This document shows, piece after piece, positions 1 to 12,400 of a stretch of DNA of 64,000 nucleotides. Source of the stretch: Setoptus koraiensis. Taxonomy: Eukaryota > Animalia > Arthropoda. Location: positions 14,322,001-14,386,000 of the forward strand of contig CM106586.1 of the NCBI GenBank assembly GCA_048013815.1. The letters run 5' to 3'. Numbering within the stretch: position 1 is the first letter of the stretch; each line of letters starts with the position of its first letter. The notes beneath the pieces were generated by a model, which saw nothing but the letters and a program-made list of their open reading frames with translations, did not search any database and had not been told where the DNA came from. The position numbers and the translations under genes are program-made.

Positions 1-997
1 GTTTTGTTCTATATGGTGTTCTAGTTTTTGGGGTTACTGACATCTGGTTGATACTTGTTCTGCTAGTTGGAGTCTGTGTTTTTGGCGTCAAAACGCAAAC
101 ACCATTAGGTGTCGCGCCTGGAGCTGGGGTCCTATTATTAATATTGGCACTGTTCTTTGGCCTTGAGACAGGTGATCTAGCACCACCGTTTGCTGATGGT
201 GTATCAGCTGGTTCTAGATTGAGCGCTAGTGAGGCTTTTAGTGCTCTAGACTTGGGAGCACTTGTTATACAAGCTGAATTGCGAATAAGCCAATTCATCT
301 TTTCGTGAGCAAAATTGTATTCCATGGGTACAAAAGATTCAATTGATGAACATAAGTAAGTACTTCCGCCATAAAATGCTTCCAATGCGTTCACTAATTG
401 TCCTTGAGAATCAAATATAAACCTAACTCCTTTACTGAGAGATATTTGATCGGCTAGCAATCGTGTTAGATCATTCAAAAGAGCATCAAAAGATCTTATT
501 TTTTCTGTATTTAGGGCATAGTTCATGCCTGTAAAAAACTTGTCTCCATTTATGAAGAATCGAATCCTCTTGGCTCGATATCTATTCAATTGTAATTCAT
601 ACAGTTTGCAGTATCGCACAGATTGACTGAGATTGTTGCCTGTATTTGTTTGAGCTTCGATGTTGTCAGTACTGTCCGAAGATCTACTGTCGCATGTATT
701 CTCTTGTTTTGGTACAACTAATACATGACCATTGACTTCCTCATTTGACGTCTTTTCCTTAGAATCCATCTTTGGTGTATTAATTGTATTCAATTTACTA
801 TTACAAGCTGCTCGTATAACTTCCATCGATTTAAGATTGGCTCCTTTCATAGGGGTTACTCGCATTGGATGAATATGAGATATTGGCGGTGGCGACGCGG
901 AAGACCGAGATAGGGACGATGATGTTTCACTCGATGAAGATGCATGGTTTATCATTAGGCGAGGACTCATTTCTCGAGGAAGATATCCGAAATTCAT
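1..997 (-). CDS. Doublecortin (DCX)-domain protein, DCLK/zyg-8 family, 5' part (runs off the left edge)
   Basis: Not in the ORF track because there is no stop in the window. Hand translation of the minus strand from ATG 997 is open to position 2 and contains RAKRIRFFINGDKFFTGMNYALNTEKIRSFDALLNDLTRLLADQISLSKGVRFIFDSQG...STYLCSS, a canonical DCX domain. Confidence 0.9.
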   Translation of the reverse strand, partial: MNFGYLPREMSPRLMINHASSSSETSSSLSRSSASPPPISHIHPMRVTPMKGANLKSMEVIRAACNSKLNTINTPKMDSKEKTSNEEVNGHVLVVPKQENTCDSRSSDSTDNIEAQTNTGNNLSQSVRYCKLYELQLNRYRAKRIRFFINGDKFFTGMNYALNTEKIRSFDALLNDLTRLLADQISLSKGVRFIFDSQGQLVNALEAFYGGSTYLCSSIESFVPMEYNFAHEKMNWLIRNSACITSAPKSRALKASLALNLEPADTPSANGGARSPVSRPKNSANINNRTPAPGATPNGVCVLTPKTQTPTSRTSINQMSVTPKTRTPYRTK

Positions 998-2500
998 TGA
1001 CTGTTTGTTCCAAAGTTATCCTTTTTTGTATCTTTTTTCTGTCCTTATATTGATGGAATTCATGAGTTTTTGATATCTGTATGAATATAGTTTACCAAAA
1101 GACAATGTGACAACAAAAGTTATTGTTCAAAACTTAAGTTGTGAGTCATACTGGCAATAGGTAGTGTGTTTGAGCGTTTCGATGCTTATCACGCTAGCCG
1201 CCCACACTCAAATATGTTAGAAAAAATGTAATGCTGCTTCTTGTTCTCTCGTTAGTCGAGGTGGATTCGCAGATTAAGATGTTGTTACTGAATTACAACG
1301 ATGACTAGAGGAAATATGGAAGCTATAACAGTTTGAAAAAACATATTGCTATCTCAGATTGTTAGTGTCGTTAATTTGTTTGTATTGTTATGAGTTTTGT
1401 TTCAAAAATAGATTTGAGTTATATTACGCACTTCAGGTATGATGCTTGGTAATAGAGGCGATAGTTTTCTCCAGTTTAGACACTTTTCCATTTTCAGCGA
1501 ATAATTATAATTCTATGTGTGGCGTCATTGATTGAGTAAGATGGCACAGAGCCATAGAAAGTGTAACCAAAGAGACTTTTTTGCGCAAGCCTCTTTTCTA
1601 TATCGATAGTAAGTTATGTGTGTATAGTCTTAAGAATATCATATAAGAACCGTTGCCAATGATGCGACTTTAAATTGAATCTCATATAAAATTTTTCAAA
1701 GACTAAGAGCTGAATGAAGAGTTACAGTTGAATGGTGTATGGTGTGTGAGCTAAAATAATGTCTTGCCTCAATCAACTTATTTCTGTGCACAACAAGCAT
1801 CTGTGGATGCCGTTAAGTCACTAATCAATTAATTTTTTGTCAAGAGAAACGCGTCAACATCAGTTGTTAGTGTTAGGCTTATCTCTATTGATCAGAGGTT
1901 CTGATTGATGGTTGTGGATTTGTTTCTTAGTGATTCTGCGGTGAAACCAATAAATAATACATGTTGTTGTGTAAATAAATTGTATCTGTTTATGCTGCTG
2001 GTCCCAAAAATTGTTGTCATGTGCTTCTGTTTGTCAAGGTTAATTGTTGGCGGTAAAATCACGGTCATATCTTGAATGTTTGAATGATGATTTGTTGATG
2101 TTTTAAATAGTAATAATCTAAGCCTCAATAATCATCGCTAGAATTAACTGCCTCTACTCAAGTTGCCTTGGATAATTCAAGTTCAGGGCCAGTTGAGCGA
2201 AAAGAGTTTCTGGAATTGAATATTTTTGGATATAATCTGAATACCAAGATTGGTGATACCTTGCAAGAATCCTGAGTGTTTGCCGGTCCCCAAAAAACAA
2301 CAATGTGTTTATTGTTTCAATGTAGAGTGGTTTAAAAATAGTTAATTATGATATCGATAAGAGCAATAGTCGGTGGAAACGACGATGATAATGATATTGC
2401 CAATAATATAACAATAATAGTTGTGGGGCGTATGCTTGGCTCTATGTCTGAAACAGGCTTGCAAGTTGCAACAGGGAAGATAATAGAACCATAAGAGAAT

Positions 2501-2509
2501 ACACACACA

Positions 2510-2548
<39 letters not shown>
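2501..2548. repeat. (AC)n microsatellite
   Basis: Direct reading; one interruption. Confidence 0.95.
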
Positions 2549-2550
<2 letters not shown>

Positions 2551-3384
2551 AGCACAATCGTACATGCCACAAACACACACACACAAACAGACGGGCACAG
2601 TTTACTAAAATGAGTTTAGATGCAAAGAGTGTGTAGCAGATTACACAGAGCCAGAGAAACACACACAGGTTGCTTGCACAGAGTCATGCACCCAATGTGC
2701 ATGATAATGCGTCGGCAAATAAATTGAAGAATTAGTACAGATTTCTCCGCCAGAGGAGCATATCCAAGTTATTAGTGCGCACAACCACTGTTCGCTCATA
2801 CTGTTGAGAAGCGTACTAATAATGTAATCACCGCGCTCCTGTTCAACAGAATACAAATCAATAAACAACAGTGAACAAATTATCTTCTGTGCCCACTAGA
2901 ACACGCACAGAACAGCCGCTAAATCTGATGGAACAAGCGATCGTTAGAAACTGTACAAAGTTTGTGATACAAACTATAGAAAGAGGACGACGATTGTGTC
3001 ACAAAACTTTTACTAACCCTGCTCTCCCGTCTAATGTGCTGGTATATTGCAGTAACAGTCTCTTGGTCCAACCACCAGACAGATAGTCACGCACGAACAT
3101 ACAGATACGGACCGTATCATGGAGCACAAATCCATTCCTGACATCCATAAGTTTTAGACAAAGTTGCAACAATACTACTGCTCCTGATAATGGTCCCGCG
3201 ACTATACAGTTGCACAAGTTAACTTACAGTTTTCTTTAGCATGCCCTCCCATGCTCTGATACGGATGATGCAGAGGAGGAATCTTTTCAGCAACCTTGCA
3301 AACTTGACACAAAGTTCATCATCTGCGCTCCATGATGCTACTATGATACTTGATCCATAACTAATAGATTGATGGATGAATGAC

Positions 3385-3389
<5 letters not shown>

Positions 3390-3418
<29 letters not shown>
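3390..3418. repeat. (AG)n microsatellite
   Basis: Direct reading. Confidence 0.95.
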
Positions 3419-3428
<10 letters not shown>

Positions 3429-6408
3429 TATACATCGCCTTTCGTAACTCTCTTGAGCAGTCTAGAATCTTGATACAGATGACTTGTGCTCAAGTAATAC
3501 TTCTTCGTTCTATGTGTTCGCATAGACTAGACGGAGTGATACTTATATTATAGCTTGAAAAAGAAGAAAAACTACAAACTATATAATAGTTGTGGCGGTG
3601 CTCTGTGTGTGAATAAGAAAAATGATAAATGTTCTTTTGTTGTCGTGTGTATTTGTTTAGCGCACTATACATATATGCGCTAAATGAATAGCACTCTAGA
3701 ATACTATGCTCTATAGTTTGATACAGTTTAGAAAATGTCTAAGCTATTGATTGTCTGAGATATTTGTATGCTGAATGTGTTTCGATCCACTGTTTTATGC
3801 CCTCTGTAGCTCTCTAGAAAATCGTAAAAGAATCACCACATTTTATTGAGCAAACCAATTATCAAGTCCCGCTTGCTACCTGTTTGATCTAATTTTATCC
3901 CCCTTCTTTCTCTCAAACACATACACACACACACTGTTGTATGAAGTCATCCTCATGTGCATTCATATTGTGCAAACAGTGTATGACATAACGATAAACT
4001 TGATTCGCGACTAAATCAAGTTGCTTACTTTTGCTATAATCATCACCATAATTGCAAAAATATACCATGAGTGGTCTGAGCATCTGTCAAGACGAAGTTG
4101 TTCTATAAGTGGACATGAACTGTTGCGTGGTATTGTTAATAAGTTCACCTATACACACATGGTGCATGACTGATCTAGAGAGAAGCGTGCCTTATGGACC
4201 CAGTTAAGATACCACTGTTGCCGAGCTCGAATTGACCTACTAATCTCAGATCGAATAGGTCTACATATCATCAACTTGAATAAGACATCCTATTAGCCTT
4301 TCCACACATTGTCGAGACAGCTACGATATAATCTGGTTGCTTGCTCACAGTGTCAGGTAGTGAGATCTGCAATAGTAGTATAATTGGTGATATCTCCACC
4401 AATTTCATACATTCTATATTCTCATCATTTCTCCTATGTGTTCATCGCTATTTAGCTGGAGCCATCACTGATAAGATCTATGAGCTTTTTGCTCAGTGAC
4501 TTAAACACCTTTTAACTGACATGTATTTTACATATATTTTAGCGATTGTAGATTAGATAATGTTCGACGGATCTGTTTAATTATGACGAGATTAACTTGT
4601 CAACTTGATGAAATATCGCATACTGATTGATCTCTCTATATCAAGTTTAGGATCCGTAGATCAGACGATGATAGTTCAAAGCGTTGTGATAGTTTTTACT
4701 GTTGGACACAAAAACACTCTCAAATAGATTAGACTTAGATTGGGTAGTCAATATGTTGCTAGGTTGCTGGTGGAGTTTGACTAATGATTTGACCCAAAAA
4801 AAAAGGAAAGAAATTTCAGATCTCCGCTTGTATACAAAAACACCTTTGGTCGTTGTTGCCTTGAGTGAGCGTGTGCTTGTGTGATATACACAAAATCCCA
4901 GTTGTGTGCTTATCAGTTTTCCAAATGCACATTCGGCCCAAGAACACCAGCTCACAAACAGAGAGACGGACGTTCGCTGAAGCTCTGGACCAAGTGCCAT
5001 CATAAGCCTCAAGTTATAAAATACAATGTGCTGCACGGTTGCACAGAACGCTCAAAAAATGTTTGTGTGCTGTATCTTTCAAGATCAATGTAAGTGTTAG
5101 GTGTGCAATAGAATCGTAGAAATTATTCTATGCTCGTTGCACGAAAAAACGATCTGTGCCCACTTAGAATCCACTGTCTATTTCAAACAAGACATTGTAG
5201 AAGGCCCCGGCATAATCAGTTCAATCTGATAGTTCGCTTTGGCCACCCTCCACTGCAGAGAACGAACGAAATGAATGGACCACCAAAACACACACTCACT
5301 GTGAATAACGAATGGACGCGCATATTCGATGCTCTCGAGTTGACGCACGCCCAAAAAAGAAGCTCTTTTTCTCTTGCTTCATTAGTCTGATTTCTTTCCA
5401 TAATATTTATATCATCGCCTACAATATCATTTATTCCAATTCCATTGTTGCTACCAGAATTGTCATCGATTCGAACACAACCTCGAGAGCTATTTTTGCT
5501 TAATATTGACAAATTATCACCAAAAAGAAGAGACAACGAAAACATTATTTGCATTGTCACAGACACTATTTGTGTATTGTCCTGGGATCCATTAGGATTG
5601 AACAAAAAATTCTCTCTTTATTGTACTGCCACAAACTGCAAAAAACACTCCACCAGTCTATTGCCACAAAGCACCACCATATATTGGATAACAGATATAG
5701 ATAGGTGACCATTTCATTGATACTGGATCGTTTGCACAATCTAACAGACCAAGGAATATAATAGCAAGCAGGCGTAATCTACTTTATCTATTCTAGTCGC
5801 ATATCATACCAACTAACTGTTTGTTCCTTCCTTCAGCCATAATCATTTGCAGTATACTTAAAAGGTGTCTTATGAGATTATTATTATTTTGATTATGATA
5901 CTCTGAATCAAATTTACCTTGAGCTTAGCATTATGTTCTGCTTCCGTCAAGGAGTCACTCAGTAAATTATGCATAACTCACATAAATTCAGGAATATTAT
6001 AGTAGTGTTACATTGTTACTCATTAGCAACTTCTTGCATAGACCATAGCGAGTTGTAAAACTGCTTAAACAAAGTCAATCCACTTCAAAATTCAAAACAG
6101 AAATTGAACCAGCAACTCAATCATTATATGTAGGCATCTCATGTCCATCATCAACAATAATATCTTATGCTCTATGGTCTGACATCAACAAAGGCCGAAC
6201 CCAACGCTAACGTTTCGTAATTTGCATCAACAATCATCAAATCGTATCAATCATTAAAATATTCAATTATTGGTGCCCTGATTTAGAGTATAGAGATTAT
6301 ATTGATTCTTCAAATGATTGGACTAAAGCACAGAAATATTGTTTATGTAGTAGACATCAAATGTTGATTTAAATATATTGAATTAATCCACAACCAAAGC
6401 CGCTCGAA

Positions 6409-9400
6409 ATGGCGGCTCACGAGCCTAGTGAGTCATTTTGGACACTCACTAGGCCTTCTAAGAACCTGAAAAAACATCATGATGCCAATCAAAGAACATT
6501 CAATATCAGTGTTGTCGGTTTGTCTGGTACAGAAAAAGACAAAGGACCTATAGGTATAGGAAAGAGCTGTTTCTGTAATAGATTTATTAGGAGCGCGGCT
6601 GATGAGTTCCATGTTGATCACATATCGGTGCTGAGTCAGTCTGATTTTAGTGGTCGCGTCGTTAACAACGATCATTGGCTTTATTGGGGATCTGTGATAA
6701 AATCAGACGAAGGAGTCGATCTCACATTTAACGTGATCGAGCAAACCGAATTTGTTGATGATTCATGCTTTCAACCTTTCAAAAGTGGTAAAACCGAACC
6801 TTACCATAAGAGATGCGCTAATACTAGGCTGATCTCCGCTGAAAAATTGATGTACATATGCAAAAATCAACTAGGAATAGAAAAAGAATATGAACAAAAG
6901 TATCTCCACGACGGCAAGTTCAATGTAGACGGTTTTCTCTGTTTATTTGACGTGAGTGAAGTCCAAGGAAGAGCAATTGAGCGTCAGGTTGAGATGACAA
7001 ATTCAATTCTCATGAATCTGATAAAAACAAAAAAACCTATTGTTCTTGTTACAACCAAACATGACGAAGCTAGTGAGTTGCTAGTTCTTGAAGCGGCACG
7101 TCTAGTCAGTAAGCGCGAATTTAGAGGATCCATACCGATTGTAGAAACATCAGCATTGGAAAATGTTAACGTCAATTTAGCTTTCATCGTCTGTTCTCAG
7201 CTCATTGATCGCACTCGTGGAAGAGTAAAAATTATACCATATTTTGAGGCTTACCGGAGCCACAAAGATCTTCTGAACGCCGCAAGTGATGCCTATTTAG
7301 GTCTAATACGTTCTACAGTTATGGACTACAGAAGCTCATGGCAACAAGTGTGCATCAAGTTATCTCACAACCCTGAATTCCTACAATATACATACCTTCA
7401 TGGTTTGGATAAAGCAATGTCAGTATTCAGATGTCATATAAAAAGATTGGGAGATGAATTCACTAACAGGAAAGTGCAGATTTACATCAAGATACTTCCT
7501 GAAATCTTGAATCAAGTGCTACCACAGATAAATGCCTCTTGCAGATACCTTTCTGGATCCAACGAAGAATTAGAAGAGTCTTGGAACTCCGTTAAAGCGC
7601 AACTTCGATCTCATCCTCTTTTTGAGCGTTACTTCGTCGAAACTCCGCCAAACGTTCCATGGCAAGAGACTGATTTAATACATTCAGGAGATAATAGAAT
7701 CGCAGTTGGATGGTTAGACTCACGAGAGGCAAAACATGTTTATCATCAGATACTAATGTGTTTGAATACTAAGGAAAGAAAGATCGCTTCTAAAGAAATA
7801 TTCGCTCAAGTGCTAGACTCTCTTCGTGTTCCGATTGGACAACCATTTTTTGAAGTGAAGTCTTTGGTGGCAGGAAACGAAAGTCTCGATCTTCTAAATG
7901 ATCAAGACTTATTTGACATCTACGCGCAATATCAGCGCAAAGCACTTGATAAAGCTAGAAGCAACTTTCAAGAACTATTATCTGAAAATGCTGAACATCT
8001 GCATCATCTAACCTCGACTAATAGAACTATTACCCAGGATGATATTATGACTATCAATTCAATGTTACAGCATGATGAGAGATACCAGGCTTTAGAGAGA
8101 TTCGACCAGGAGCGGACTTTAATGATTATCAGGCATCTTAGCTTCATCCATAGCCCAGTGGCGGAACAATGTCCATCATTTCCATATTGTGTAGAACCTG
8201 GAGTTGAAAGATTGTTACTTTCTCGAGTTCAAGAACTGATAACTCGTATTGACACTAAACAGCTACCAAATCTGCAAGAGACTTGGAGCATGATCATTAT
8301 AGGACCTCGGAGACCTAGTCAACAACTGATTCTTGCTCTAAACGTCCTGAATTCTAGGTCCCCTAAATCATCTCAGATAAGCATGAATTTCACAGTTCTT
8401 GATACTGCTGAGGAGGTTGATTCCCATGCATACGAATTCAATCAAATTGATCACAAACCGAAAGGCTGCCTGTGCATTTACACAAATAAGCGCTCTTTAG
8501 ATTATGTTACAGAGAGCCTGGCGAAATTACTAAACAATCAGAATAGCAATCAAATGAACAACAGGCCCTCACTGGGTAATCCACCAATCGTGATGCTATA
8601 CGCAGCTGATATTGGACTTGATGAAAGAGACCTGAATCTCTTGGAAGCTGAGGGTCAGAGTCATGCTTCTAATTTTCATTGCCCGTTCATGAATGTTACT
8701 GCCTTGGACCAGTACCGACATCATCAGCAGAATAACTTATTGAAAAACGAATTTAACGGGTTTATGACAAACGATTGCGCCAGTTTGGACTACGGTTGTA
8801 TTGATGGTGCTTTCAATGTTTTGAAGGAGGCCATCAACAAAAGAATATGTCTTACCAAATTGTATACAAATCAAGAACTCATACCTCGTCAAGCATTCAA
8901 CCCTGACGTCAAAATACTTATGTGTATCTTCTGTGGTGAGCCCTACTCCCTCGATGACATATTGGAAAAAATGTTCCTGAACTACAACTTCTGCTACATC
9001 ACTTCGTCGAAATCTCTGTGCATAAAAATGATGTTGAATAATGAGGAGCGATATGTTGAGATAATTATCACTTCATATACCCACGGAGCCTTAAATTATC
9101 GGGATGATCTTTTACACGGATTCATTTTGCTGTGCTCAACCAAGCGCAAGGCTTCATTGGCCATAATGAATGCATTCTCATTTAACATACCTTGCACGCC
9201 CATACAAGTAGTGTCTGTGAGAGACAGTAGTCACAACAATTTTATAAGACAGGACTCATCGCAACCGATGATGAGTGACCTAAATGACAATCAAAATAGC
9301 CCTGGTATGCATAATCAAGATGAGGATGAACTAACTTTGTCTCTAATACAAGAAGCACAAGGTACCGCGAATCGTTTGAAAGGTCATTTCTTGCTGTTAG

Positions 9401-12400
9401 ATCTCAACAGCAATAACAATAACTATGACTCTTACGTGGACCAATTGAACCCTTTTATATCAACTGTGCTAGATAGAAAACCATTTATTGAGAAAGTTTT
9501 TGAAACAGATGACAACGATTCTGAAGACAATTTAGATGATACTACCAATGCTCAAACAGAATCAGGATTAATCAGAGATTCCAGCTTCGTATACAGGAGA
9601 GATTACAACGAAAATCGTCTATCCTCGTCCTTCCGAAACATGGGTCATCAGTCCACTTGCGCCAGTAGTGAGGACGACCTTGATGATAGACGTGGAGAGA
9701 GGTGCGGTGACAAGACTGCTAGTGATGAGTCTGAAGTGTACTCTACTTTATCAAGTGGTCAGAATGAACATCATTTAGTGCAGCCTAGCAAGTTGAAGAA
9801 GAATCCCGAAGGTAAGTTGTAAATTCTTAATTGCACTAATACAAATTACTAAGGTGTTTTCGTTTGACCTGATCTTTACTAGCTACTGAAATCTATCTCG
9901 TGATTAAATCTACTCTATTCATGCTTTCCTATCACCGCTATCTTCACTCTACTCTGACCTTTCGCAAACTATGATCAGACTTTTCTCAATTCTTTGGGTT
10001 CTCTAACAAATCTAGTACTCACAATGCCAATGAGTTATACATCAACCGTCCTCTGCCACCTATACCTCAAGAAAATGCAATCAATTTCATCCAGCCTAAC
10101 CAGTTTAATCAAGATCGTCAACCAATGGGCGATATTCAGTGTAATCTTCAATCAAACCCAAATTTTCTTGCCAACCATGCTCAACGTTTGTCTGATAACT
10201 CAAACATAGACAGAAAGCCATCACATGAAACACTCAATATCTTTTCCGAATCTAGAATACAATCTCAGCTACCCGAAACGTCTAACTTCATTGACAATCC
10301 ATCTATAGACGTATCACACCGAAACTCAGATGAATGTTCTAACTTGCTCAAAATAGATAAGAATCTGAATCATTCTGAAATTATATATTTAGCCAAAAAT
10401 CAATTTCTCACAACTGGTGCTTTCAACTTCCCCAACAACCCAAGCAAATCGTCTATTTTAGCAGAACAAAATCCTTATACATCTAGTATGTTAGCGGACC
10501 GATTACCGCTAAATGTAAACAGTTACAAGCAAAAAGCATTTCGCCGATTCATGTCATGTGATGAAGCAGTCCGCCAAAATAATCCTTCGTCACATCACAA
10601 TCTTGGGAAGCATCTGCCTAATAATGTTGGCGAATTTTCCAATCATTCAAACCATTTAGACAAGTTGCTCTCACTATCATTCGATGCACATCGCGATTCA
10701 TTTAATATCCCACCGGATTGTAATGAAATTCGAGGAAGGAATTTCATAAGTGATTACGATACGAGTAATACATCCGAAGATCGTTCCATGTTGATTGCCC
10801 GAGCCTCGGCTAGTCTAAAAGACCAACTTTCCAGACAAAGATTGTTAGATGAAGAGCAACTGAGGTTGAAGAAACGTGCAGCTGAAATAGAATCTCTGCT
10901 GGCAGCTAGTAAAAATCGTTTAGCTGCTAGCTTAAATGACCAAAAAATGCATTCAGTAATTCAAAGTAAGCTGTCATCTTCCTGCGACACAAAATCTGGC
11001 TCACCTCCATCATCGCCATATCGATCTAGTGTGCCTTATAAGACATGTGAAGAAAATCATTCGGAATCGTCTCTCTCATCATTCACTATGCAAACTATGT
11101 TGGCTGCTGATAACGAACAGAAGACAATCGAAAATTTTGATTTAGTTTACAAGAAATCAAATGATGAGTGTGCGAATAACGATGACGAAGATTACGTCAA
11201 TATTGACGAAGAAGATGACACAATCGACTACGATGAGGTTCCCGAATCTCAAAATATTGGCAGAGAAATTGGTGTTATTGAGAAGGAAAGCAACATGAAC
11301 GCACCAAATCAAGATGAGAAACAAGACCTAGAGCAAAGTGAACAAAGCAAACTCCAAATTACTGATGGTGAATATTCTTTCCCCTCTCCTATCTCTGGCT
11401 GAGTTTTGTGCAGAGATAGCCTACCAGTCATCTATGAGTGTACCTGCAGCATCACCGATGCGACACAATGGCTTCATTATGATTATTCTGTAGCTTACAT
11501 TAGTAGTTTACTTGGACTCGCCAGTATGCATGTTGCTTGCCGCAATGGTTGAATTTTGTTTTGACTTTGTTATAGATTCCAAGTTTGCTATGATTTTCTG
11601 ACATACAACTGTTTTTGTTACTATTACTTTAGTTATATAGCTAGCTGCATGATGTTTCTAATGGTGTGTTCGCTTGACTAATCTTCGACACAGAAGATAT
11701 AGTATTCTATTTTAGATTTTCCATGACATGACCTTACTGTGAATCAACAATACTGATAATTGCTCCTTCGGTCAGCCAAGAACTGACGCTGGACAAGAAA
11801 AGTATAAGAAGCTGTTAGGGCAATGTTGTTGTTTCGAAGTGCTTCAGAATTTTATATCAAACAATCGTGTCTCCTCCTAGAGTACATGTGGCTGTTTGTA
11901 TGAAGAGAAAGGAGTTTGGTCTCATTTCTATTTACCTGCCTATTGAGCTCTCCAAAAACTGTCATCAAGTCTGAAAGAGAAAGAAAAAGGAGAAAAAAGT
12001 GCTCTCTTGAATTCATATTGACAGCAATACAACTTGATACAACTTATCATTGTTGAGTGAATATATAAAGAAAAAGCTGCTAGTGGTGGCTAGTGGTATT
12101 GTGCAATGCCGTAGACAACAAACGCACACAAGAAGTAACTGTATTCCAATTATTGGAAGTTGTTCTACCCTCCCCTCTTTCGACGACCAGATTGTCGTCT
12201 AACTGAGCTAAAAAGAGGTGGACCACAGCTACAGCTATTATTTCATGCAACAATAGTTGTAAAAGTGGTTGAAACACCCGTTATCTTTGCAAGAGTCAAG
12301 CTCTCATCGATGTTAGCAGATAATGTGATTGTGGGAGAAATCGAGAGACACTAGGATATATACGCAAGCTAGATTACTTGCTGTAGCCAATAAATTCTCA

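Noticed and set aside
2332-2662. CVCVCV / THTHTH ORFs here and at 23.9-24.6 kb and 36.1-36.4 kb
   Set aside because: They are translations of dinucleotide microsatellites.
5216-5605. 129-aa minus-strand ORF
   Set aside because: No ATG start context, no recognisable motif, and it overlaps equally weak ORFs on the other strand.
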